The notes under the pieces are model-generated. The model was given only the letters and a program-made list of their open reading frames with translations, did not search any database and was not told where the DNA came from. Below are positions 55,315 to 64,000 of a DNA stretch of 64,000 nucleotides, piece after piece (positions within the stretch are counted from its first letter, which is position 1; every line of letters starts with the position of its first letter). The stretch covers positions 75,790 through 139,789 of the forward strand of contig CAVUBW010000006.1 in the NCBI GenBank assembly GCA_963739835.1, given 5' to 3'. The position numbers and the translations under genes are program-made. The DNA comes from an uncultured Acidimicrobiales bacterium. GTDB taxonomy: Bacteria; Actinomycetota; Acidimicrobiia; Acidimicrobiales; VFJN01.

Positions 55315-56028
55315 AAGGCATGCCTCAACGGCGGCCGGCGGCGCAGCGAGCACGCCGCCTGCCCGGAGACCCCGGACGAGTTGGCGGCGGACGGCGCCGC
55401 GGCGGTGGCGGCGGGCGCCGCGGTGCTGCACGTCCACCCGAGGGGCGACGACGGCCGGGAGACGCTGGCGGCCGAGCCGGTGGCGGCCACGGTCGAGGCG
55501 ATGCGGACGGCGGTGGGCGTCCCAGTGGGCGTGACGACGGGCGCGTGGATCCTCCCGGACCCCGCGGCGCGGGTGGCGGCCATCGGGGCCTGGGAGGTGG
55601 CGCCCGACTTCGCGTCGGTCAACTTCCACGAGGAGGGCGCGGTGGCGCTGGCCGAGGCGCTGCTGGCGGCGGGGGTCGCGGTGGAAGCGGGCCTGTGGAC
55701 CCCGGAGGCGGCGAGGGTGCTGGCGGCGAGCGGGCTGGCGGCAAGCTGCGTCCGGCTGCTGGTCGAGCCGATGGACGACCGCGTCCCCGACGCCCTGGCC
55801 ACGGCGGCGGCGACGCTGGCGGCGCTGGAGGGCGTGGCGCCGGACGTGCCGCGGCTGCTCCACGGCAAGGGCGCGACGGTGTGGCCGCTGCTCGACGAGG
55901 CGTGGGCCCGGGGGCTCCAGGCCCGGGTGGGCCTGGAGGACACGCTCACGCTGCCGGACGGCACCGTCGCGGCGGGCAACGCAGAATTGGTGGCGGAGGC
56001 GGTCGAGCGCCGGGGCACAGTGGGGTGA
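55306..56028 (+). CDS. 3-keto-5-aminohexanoate cleavage enzyme family (BKACE/DUF849) protein
   Basis: 240 aa: MILKACLNGGRRRSEHAACPETPDELAADGAAAVAAGAAVLHVHPRGDDG...SVNFHE. This is the typical DUF849 N-terminal pattern. Confidence 0.75.
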   Translation: MILKACLNGGRRRSEHAACPETPDELAADGAAAVAAGAAVLHVHPRGDDGRETLAAEPVAATVEAMRTAVGVPVGVTTGAWILPDPAARVAAIGAWEVAPDFASVNFHEEGAVALAEALLAAGVAVEAGLWTPEAARVLAASGLAASCVRLLVEPMDDRVPDALATAAATLAALEGVAPDVPRLLHGKGATVWPLLDEAWARGLQARVGLEDTLTLPDGTVAAGNAELVAEAVERRGTVG

Positions 56029-56510
56029 TGCACCTGGCCCAGCTCAACATCGGCCGCCTGCGCGCGCCGCTGGACGACCCGGCGATCGACGACTTCCGCA
56101 ACAACCTGGCGAGGATCAACGCGCTGGCCGAGGCCAGCCCGGGCTTCGTGTGGCGCCTCCAGGACGAGGGCGGCGACGCCACCGGCATCAAGCTGTTCGA
56201 GGACGACCTGGAGATCATCAACCTGTCGGTGTGGACGTCGGTCGAGGCCCTGGCCGACTTCGCGTACCGCAGCGACCACGCGCAGCTGCTGCGCCGCCGG
56301 CGCGAGTTCTTCGAGGCGCCCACCCAGCCGATCATGTGCCTGTGGTGGATCCCGGAGGGCACGCTCCCGACCCCGCAGGAGGCCCTGGCCCGCCTGGAGC
56401 ATCTCCGCACCCACGGCCCCACCTCGACGGCATTCACGTTCCGCCACCGCTTCGACCCCGACAGCGACGTCGCCCGCCGGGGCACCGACCGCGACGCCTG
56501 CCCGGCGTAG
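56028..56510 (+). CDS. DUF3291 domain protein
   Basis: The ATG overlaps the upstream stop (TGATG). Sequence: MHLAQLNIGRLRAPLDDPAIDDFRNNLARINALAEASPGFVWRLQDEGG...INLSVWTSVEALADFAYRSDH. Confidence 0.75.
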   Translation: MHLAQLNIGRLRAPLDDPAIDDFRNNLARINALAEASPGFVWRLQDEGGDATGIKLFEDDLEIINLSVWTSVEALADFAYRSDHAQLLRRRREFFEAPTQPIMCLWWIPEGTLPTPQEALARLEHLRTHGPTSTAFTFRHRFDPDSDVARRGTDRDACPA

Positions 56511-56574
56511 CGGTCTGGGCATCCCAATGTGACACTCCCTTGTCGCAACGACACGGAACTGTAGGATCCCGCAC

Positions 56575-57414
56575 ATGGTCCCGCTCGCCGATCCTGCGAT
56601 GCGCCCCCGGGCCGGGTCCAGCGCCAAGGCCCTGCTGCTCACCACGCTCGGCGAGTTCGTGCTGCCCCGGGGCGGCGCGATCTGGACCTCCTCCGTCGTG
56701 CGGTGCCTCGGGGCGCTCGGGGTCGGGGAGCGGAACGCCCGGCAGGCCGTCGCCCGGCTGGCCGAGCAGGGGATCGTGCGGTCCGAGCGGGCGGGGCGGT
56801 TGGCCCGGTGGCACCTGACCGACAGCGGGGCGCACCTGCTGGCCTCCGGGACCGAGCGGATCTACGGGTTCGGGGCCGGCGACGACGACTGGGACGGGCG
56901 GTGGCTGGTCGTGCTGTGCTCCGTGCCCGAGGAGCAGCGGACCAAGCGCCACCAGCTGCGCAGCCAGCTGGCCTTCGCCGGGTTCGGCTTCCTGGCGCCC
57001 GGCATCGCCATCTCGCCCCACCTCGACCGTGAGCCCGCGGCCGCCGCCGTCCTCGCCGACCTCGGCCTCGTGCCCGGGGCCGCCGTGTTCCGGGCCGAGG
57101 CCGCCACCCTCACGCCCGCCGGCGCCCTGCTCGACCGGGCCTGGGACCTCGGCGCGCTCGGCGCCGAGTACCGCCGATTCCTCGCCGAGCACGGCGCCCG
57201 CTCCCCCCGGACCGACGAGCAGCGGTTCGTCGCCCTCGTCGACCTCGTCCACGCCTGGCGGCGATTCCCGTTCGTCGACCCCGAGATCCCCCGCCGCCTG
57301 CTGCCCGCCCGCTGGCCCGGCCGCCCGGCCAAGGACACCTTCGACGCCCGCCACGCCGCCTGGGCGCCCGGCGCCGGCGCCTGGTTCGACACGGTATCTA
57401 CTACAACTCCTTGA
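56575..57414 (+). CDS. PaaX-family transcriptional regulator
   Basis: 279 aa: SAKALLLTTLGEFVLPRGGAIWTSSVVRCLGALGVGERNARQAVARLAEQGIV...WDGRWLVVLCSVPEEQRTKRHQLRSQLAFAGFG...AWRRFPFVDPEIP. Confidence 0.85.
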   Translation: MVPLADPAMRPRAGSSAKALLLTTLGEFVLPRGGAIWTSSVVRCLGALGVGERNARQAVARLAEQGIVRSERAGRLARWHLTDSGAHLLASGTERIYGFGAGDDDWDGRWLVVLCSVPEEQRTKRHQLRSQLAFAGFGFLAPGIAISPHLDREPAAAAVLADLGLVPGAAVFRAEAATLTPAGALLDRAWDLGALGAEYRRFLAEHGARSPRTDEQRFVALVDLVHAWRRFPFVDPEIPRRLLPARWPGRPAKDTFDARHAAWAPGAGAWFDTVSTTTP

Positions 57415-57438
57415 CGCTTCTCGGGAGAGTTGTAGCAT
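57401..57438 (+). promoter_or_regulatory. Candidate promoter (-35 TTGACG, -10 TAGCAT) enclosed by a 9-nt inverted repeat. It predicts a leaderless boxC transcript.
   Basis: CTACAACTC (57401-57409) ... GAGTTGTAG (57427-57435). TTGACG is at 57411-57416, followed by a 16-nt spacer and TAGCAT at 57433-57438. The boxC GTG at 57445 is 7 nt downstream of the -10. Confidence 0.55.
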
Positions 57439-57444
57439 GATTCC

Positions 57445-59120
57445 GTGACCACGCCGACGATCACGTTCGAGCGGGACCCCGGCGACTACCGCCACTGGCA
57501 GGTGGACGTCGACGGGCCGGTCGCCACCGTGACCATGCGGGTGACGCCCGACGCCGGCCTGCGCGCCGACTACGAGCTCAAGCTCAACTCGCTACGACCT
57601 CTCGGTCGACATCGAGCTGTACGACGTCGTCCAGCGTCTCCGCTTCGAGCACCCGGAGGTCAAGGCCGTCGTGCGTCACCGGCGGGCTCGACAAGGTCTT
57701 CTGCGCCGGCGCCAACATCCAGATGCTGGCCGACGTCGACGCACGACCACAAGGTCGACTTCTGCAAGTTCACCAACGAGACCCGCAACGGCATCGAGGA
57801 CGCCACCGCGCGCTCCGGCCAGACGTGGATCGCGGCGGTCAACGGCACCGCCGCGGGCGGCGGCTACGAGCTGGCGCTCGCGTGCGACGAGATCGTCCTC
57901 GTCGACGACCGGTCCTCGGCCGTCTCGCTGCCCGAGGTGCCGCTGCTCGCCGTCCTGCCCGGCACCGGTGGCCTCACCCGGGTGGTCGACAAGCGCCACG
58001 TCCGCCGCGACCTGGCCGACGTCTTCGCCACCCGCACCGAGGGCGGCCAAGGGCCGCCAGGCCGTCGAGTGGGGGCTGGTCGACGCCGTCGTCGCCCCGC
58101 AGCCGCTTCGACGAGGTCGTCCGCGAGCGGGCACTCGCACGGGCCGAGGCGTCCCGACCGGCCCGACGACGCCGTCGGCGTCCGCCTCGGCCCGCTCGCC
58201 GTCGCCGCCGACCCGCGACGCGCCTGACCTACGACCACGTGACGGTCTCGATCGACCGCGCCGCTCGGCGCCGCCCACCTCACCGTCGTCGCGCCCCGCG
58301 GACCCCCAGCCCGCCACGCCCGGCGACCTGACCGCCGCGGGCGCCGACGCCTGGCTCCTCGCCGCCTGCCCGCCAGCTCGACGACGCCATCCTCCACCTG
58401 CGGTTCAACGAGCCCGAGATCGGCACCTGGGTGCTCCACACCGCCGGCGACCCCGACGCCGTCGCCGGGGCCGCAGGACGTCCTGCGCACCCACCCCGAC
58501 GACTGGCTGGTCCGCGAGGTCCGCCTCTACTGGGCCCGCACGCTCCAGCGCCTCGACCTGTCCGCCCGCACGCTGGTCGCGCTCGTCGAGCCGGGCAGCT
58601 GCTTCGCCGGCACTGCTGGCCGAGCTGGCGCTGGCCGCCGACCGCAGCCTCATGCTCGACGGCGACGACCCCGAGGGCGCCGCGCCGCCCGCCGCCCTCC
58701 AGCTGACCGACGCCAACGACGGCTGGTACCCGATGGCCAACGGGCTCACCCGGCTGGCCACGCGGTTCTGGGGCCGCGACGCCGACCTGGCCGCCGCCCG
58801 GGCCGAGATCGGCAAGGACCTGCTGGCCGCCGACGCCGCGGCCGCCGGCCTGGTCACGTTCACCCCCGACGACCTCGACTGGGACGACGAGGTGCGCCTG
58901 ACGCTCGAGGAGCGCGCCAGCTTCTCGCCCGACGCCCTGACCGGGATGGAGGCCAACCTCCGCTTCGCCGGCCCCGAGACGATGGAGACGAAGATCTTCG
59001 CCCGCCTGACCGCCTGGCAGAACTGGATCTTCCAGCGACCCAACGCCGTCGGCCCCGAGGGCGCGCTGCGCCGCTTCGGCACCGGGCTCCCGCCCGACGT
59101 TCGACCGCGCCCGCACCTGA
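57445..59120 (+). CDS. boxC: Benzoyl-CoA-dihydrodiol lyase / 2,3-epoxybenzoyl-CoA dihydrolase BoxC, heavily frame-disrupted
   Basis: VTTPTITFERDPGDYRHWQVDVDGPVATVTMRV, LKLNS, VDIELYDVVQRLRFEHPEVKAV, FCKFTNETRNGIEDATARSGQTWIAAVNGTAAGGGYELALACDEIVLVDDRSSAVSLPEVPLLAVLPGTGGLTRVVDKRHVRRDLADVF, ...ALTGMEANLRFAGPETMETKIFARLTAWQNWIFQRPNAVGPEGALRRFGTG. The match to BoxC runs along its whole length. Confidence 0.88.
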
Positions 59121-59131
59121 GGAGTCCGCCG

Positions 59132-60563
<1,432 letters not shown>

Positions 60564-60590
60564 CGACAGGCCAGAGGGGGCGATCACGAG

Positions 60591-62155
60591 ATGACGCATA
60601 CAACGCAGCCGCCTGGCTGCTCGACCGGCACGTCGACGCGGGCGACGGCGAGCGCACCGCCTATCTGTGTCGACGGCGAGACGACTGACCTACGCCGACC
60701 TCCAGCGGCGAGGTGTGGCGGGCCCAGCACGCGCTGCGCGGCGCTCGGACGTCCGCCGGGGCGAGCGGGTGGCGCTGGTGCTCAACGACGAGCCGGCCTT
60801 CCCGGCGTGGTTCCTCGGCGCGCTGCGGTCGGGCGTCGTGCCGGTCCCGCTGTCGACGATGCTCACCCCGGCCGAGGTCGCGGCGATCGTCGCCGACGCC
60901 GAGCGCGGGGACCGTGGTCGTGTCCGCCGGCTACGCGGGCCACCTCGACACGATCGCCGCGGCGTCGCCGGAGCTGCGGGCCGGCGTGGTCGTCGGCGGC
61001 CGAGGCCGGGCCGCACGCCGCTGCCGGTCCACGGCTGGCGCCGACTTCGACGACGCCGCCGAGGCGCCGGTGGCGCCGACCCGCGAGGACTCGCCCGCGT
61101 TCTGGCTCTACAGCTCGGGCACGACCGGCGTGCCCAAGGGCGTCATGCACCGCCACGGCAGTCCCCGAGGCCACCGCCGAGACCTACGCCCGCTCGGTGC
61201 TGCGGGATCGGGCCCGACGACCGCTGCCTGTCGGTCGCCAAGCTGTTCTTCGCCTACGGGCTGGGCAACTCGCTGACGTTCCCGTTCGCGGTGGGGGCGT
61301 CCAGCGTGCTCAACCCCCGGCGCCCGACGCCGCCCGGCGTGGTCGACCTGGTGCGGCGAGGCCGCGCCGACGCTGTTCTTCGCCAGCCCGGGGTTCGTCG
61401 CCGCCCTGCTCGACGCCGACCCGCCGCCGGAGGCGTTCGCCAGCGTCCGGTGCACGGTGACCGCCGGCGAGGCGCTGCCCGCCGACCTGCAGCGCCGGTT
61501 CCACGAGCGCTACGGCCACCCGGTGCTCGACGGCATCGGGATCGACCGAGGCGCTGCACATCTTCCTGTCCAACACCAAGGGCGCCGAGCGGCCCGGCAC
61601 GAGCGGCACGCCGGTCGACGGCTACGAGGTGAGGCTGCTCGACGACGCCGGGCGCGCCGGTCACCGACGCGGGACACGCCCGGGTACCTGCACGTGCGGG
61701 GCCCGTCGCTCGCCACCGGCTACTGGTGCCGCGACGCCGCCAGCCGGGCCGCGTTCCGGGGGGACTGGCTGCGCGACCGGCGACGTCTACACGCGTGTCC
61801 GACGACGGCCACTGGACCTTCCTCGGGCGCAACAGCGACATGATCAAGGCGGGTGGCATCTGGGTGTCGCCCGCCGAGGTCGAGTCGGTCGTGATCGAGC
61901 ACCCCGACGTGCTGGAGGTGGCGGTGGTCGGCTCGCGGGACGACGCCGGCCTGGAGACGGTCGTCGCCTTCGCCGTGGCCCGCCAGGGCCGCACGATCGA
62001 GGCGGGCGCGATCGAGGCGCACTGCCGGGAGCGGATGGCGGCGTTCAAGCGGCCCCGCCGGCTGGTCGTGGTCGACGAGCTGCCGAAGACCGCGACCGGC
62101 AAGGTGCAGCGCTTCGCGCTCGCGGGCCCGGCTAGACGACGAGCGGCGGGGGTGA
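60591..62155 (+). CDS. Benzoate-CoA ligase (ANL superfamily), frame-disrupted
   Basis: NAAAWLLDRHVDAGDGERTAYL, RVALVLNDEPAFPAWFLGALRSGVVPVPLSTMLTPAEVAAIVADAE, FWLYSSGTTGVPKGVMHRH, CLSVAKLFFAYGLGNSLTFPF, TAGEALPADLQRRFHERYGHPVLDGIG, GYLHVRGPSLATGYW, MIKAGGIWVSPAEVE...LPKTATGKVQRFAL. The stop is inferred at the TGA at 62153-62155 after a +1 insertion near 62125. Confidence 0.82.
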
Positions 62156-62721
62156 GGCCCCGCTCGCGCGGGCGGGTCACGGTCGACGGGGCGGCGCTCG
62201 ACGCGCGCTTCGACCCGGGCGCCGGCGCGGGGCCGCCGCTGGTCTTCCTCCACGACGGCCTGGGGTCGATCGAGCTGTGGCGGCGGTTCCCCGACGCGGT
62301 GAGGGACGGCCTCGGAGGCCCGCCGACGCTGGTGTACTCGCGCCGGGGCTACGGCCGCAGCGACCCGGCCGACCTGCCCCGACCGGTCACCTACATGCAC
62401 GACGAGGCCGACGTCGTCCTGCCGGCGCTGCTGACCCGGCACCACGGCGACGCGGACGCCACGTTCCGGGGCTGGAACGACGTCTGGCTCGACCCGGCGT
62501 TCCGGTCGTGGAACATCGAGGACCGGCTGGCCGGGGTGACGTGCCCGGTGACGATGGTCCAGAGCGAGGCCGACCCGTACGGGACGGTCGCCCAGCTCGA
62601 CGCGATCGCCGCCGGCGTCCGGGGCCCCACGCGCCGGGTCCTGGTGCCGGGGGAGAGCCACGCGCCGCACCTCGACTCCCCCGAGGCGGTGGTGGGGGCG
62701 GTGGTGGAGTTCCTGGGCTAA
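62152..62721 (+). CDS. Short alpha/beta-hydrolase-like protein apparently lacking the nucleophile-elbow segment
   Basis: The GTG at 62152 overlaps the inferred ligase stop. Sequence: PLVFLHDGLGSIELWRRFP, LVYSRRGYGRSDP, DEADVVLPALL directly followed by TRHHGDADATFRGWNDVWLDPAFRSWNIEDRLAGVTCPVTMVQSEADPYG...GESHAPHLD. There is no GxSxG, and 189 aa is ~80 aa shorter than relatives. Confidence 0.6.
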   Translation: MRPRSRGRVTVDGAALDARFDPGAGAGPPLVFLHDGLGSIELWRRFPDAVRDGLGGPPTLVYSRRGYGRSDPADLPRPVTYMHDEADVVLPALLTRHHGDADATFRGWNDVWLDPAFRSWNIEDRLAGVTCPVTMVQSEADPYGTVAQLDAIAAGVRGPTRRVLVPGESHAPHLDSPEAVVGAVVEFLG

Positions 62722-63641
62722 GGGACGGCGTCGATGCCGGGCAGCTGCCGGATCGAGGGCAGCACCGAGTGGCGATGCTTGATGTGGAGGTCGAAGAAGT
62801 CGAGCGCGGCCTGGGCGACGATCGGCTCGGACGGCCCGTCGCGGTAGACGGCGGAGTGGTCGCCGCCGGGGATGGTGACGAAGTACTTGGGCGGCTTGGC
62901 CTGGTCGAAGTACGGCATGACCGCCGAGGGGGGCGTCCCGTCGGCGTCGCCGTGGATGAACATGACCGGCGTCCCGCGGAGGTCGCCGGGGACGTCGCCG
63001 CTGAGCCCGGTGGGCACCAGCCCCTCGAGCAGGACGGCGTCGACGCCGTCCTGGTGGCAGCACGAGTTGAAGGTGTCGGTCCAGGCCACGAGCGCCCCGG
63101 ACGAGTGCCCGGCGACGGCCAGGTGGTCGGTGTCGGCGAGGTCGGGCAGCTGGTCGTGGATGCTCTGGATCACGAAGTGGTCGTCGCCCAGCTCGCCCTG
63201 GAGGTCGTCGGCGAACTGGCCGCCGGGCCCGCCCTTCACCGAGATGGGGTGGCGGGGCGCAGCGACGACGTAGCCGGCGGCAGCCCACGTCTGGAAGGAG
63301 GGGGTGTACTGGCTCGGCGTCCCCTGCTGCCCGTGGTTGAACACGATGAGCGGGAACGGCCCGTCCGCCGCGGCCCCGTCCGGGACCGGGGCTGCGGCGG
63401 GGTCGCCGGCGGCGGGATACCACAGGTCGGTGACGATGGTCCGGTTGGGGAGGGCGGGCGCGGCGCCGAACGCGGGCGTCGGCCGGGACTCGTCGACGAA
63501 GGTCACGGACCGGGTGCCGACCTGGTACGGCCCAACGGTCCGGACCGCATGGTCGGCGCCGCACCCGGTGAGCCCGGCCGTACCCATCGCCCCCACGAGC
63601 AGCACCAGGGCGGCGGCCCGCCCCGGCGACACGACGGTCAT
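62718..63641 (-). CDS. Lipoprotein alpha/beta hydrolase (dienelactone-hydrolase / PAF-acetylhydrolase-like)
   Basis: The ATG at 63641 lies within ORF 62718..63992. Sequence: MTVVSPGRAAALVLLVGAMGTAGLTGC (lipobox), PLIVFNHGQQG, LAVAGHSSGA (GxSxG), FIHGDADG, GGDHS. Confidence 0.78.
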   Translation of the reverse strand: MTVVSPGRAAALVLLVGAMGTAGLTGCGADHAVRTVGPYQVGTRSVTFVDESRPTPAFGAAPALPNRTIVTDLWYPAAGDPAAAPVPDGAAADGPFPLIVFNHGQQGTPSQYTPSFQTWAAAGYVVAAPRHPISVKGGPGGQFADDLQGELGDDHFVIQSIHDQLPDLADTDHLAVAGHSSGALVAWTDTFNSCCHQDGVDAVLLEGLVPTGLSGDVPGDLRGTPVMFIHGDADGTPPSAVMPYFDQAKPPKYFVTIPGGDHSAVYRDGPSEPIVAQAALDFFDLHIKHRHSVLPSIRQLPGIDAVP

Positions 63642-63679
63642 GCTCCCGGCGTACCCAATTCCTCGCGTACAAGTCGCGT

Positions 63680-64000
63680 CTAGGCGGTGTTCACGGCGTC
63701 CAGGAACAGGAACTCGGTGACCCCCATCCGCCCGAGCAGCCACCGCACCGGCCTCGGCACCGCGGCCCCGTTCCGGCCGACGACCACCCGGGGGTTGGCC
63801 ACGCCATGGACCCGCCCCCGCGTGCGCAGCCGGGCCGACCCGGCGGCGAGCACGTTGCGCACCCAGTCGCCCTGCCCGTAGGTGAGCGCCACGACGTACC
63901 CGCCGGGCCGCACGAACACGTTGACCGGCGTCTCGTATCGTCGCCCGGACCTGCGGCCGACGTGCGTGACGACCCCGAACCCGGGCAGCCACGGGGCCAC
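63680..64000 (-). CDS. F420H2-dependent (deazaflavin-dependent nitroreductase, DDN) family protein, N-terminus outside window
   Basis: ...GFGVVTHVGRRSGRRYETPVNVFVRPGGYVVALTYGQGDWVRNVLAAGSARLRTRGRV... has the GRxSGxxxxTPV and WxRN(L/V) motifs typical of PF04075. Confidence 0.7.
   Translation of the reverse strand: MAPWLPGFGVVTHVGRRSGRRYETPVNVFVRPGGYVVALTYGQGDWVRNVLAAGSARLRTRGRVHGVANPRVVVGRNGAAVPRPVRWLLGRMGVTEFLFLDAVNTA

Overview
This is a very GC-rich chromosomal segment (by eye well above 65 % GC). The gene set is clearly actinobacterial: WhiB, PdtaS, LCP ligases, an actinobacterial-type sortase, the DUF3107/ArsA-like block, the SCO1664/DUF3090/phosphomutase trio and F420-type enzymes. I can support about 70 protein-coding genes on both strands. 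I recognised no rRNA, tRNA, CRISPR array, IS element or prophage.

Main blocks, left to right:
- TetR regulator and two enoyl-CoA hydratases.
- A tail-collar protein, a ~1350-codon repeat-rich LPFTG surface protein and its sortase.
- A complete, tightly overlapped System I cytochrome c maturation operon (ccmABCDEFGH plus a TPR protein).
- An Fe-S group: HTH regulator, cysteine desulfurase and Mrp.
- A DesK/DesR-like two-component pair with an ABC transporter.
- clpP, diverging from an SRPBCC/ArsR/molybdoenzyme/cytochrome b operon.
- The conserved DUF3107, ArsA-like x2, PdtaS, WhiB block, with perfect CRP-type sites upstream of whiB.
- GDPD, a lipid kinase and etfBA.
- A GAF-GGDEF-EAL protein.
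- The PI-kinase-like/DUF3090/phosphomutase trio and udgB.
- A membrane-anchored Hsp70-like ATPase paired with a paralogous lipoprotein.
- Two LCP paralogues.
- A CGNR regulator with a BpsA(DUF43)-like enzyme.
- An expansin-like protein.
- A PaaX-regulated benzoyl-CoA epoxide (box) cluster.

The strongest caveat is sequence quality. Several multi-kb patches are riddled with single-base frame disruptions, mostly +1 insertions, inside otherwise well-conserved genes. These look like sequence or assembly error rather than pseudogenisation. They also create chimeric giant ORFs in the supplied track. Gene identities in those patches are readable, but boundaries are approximate.
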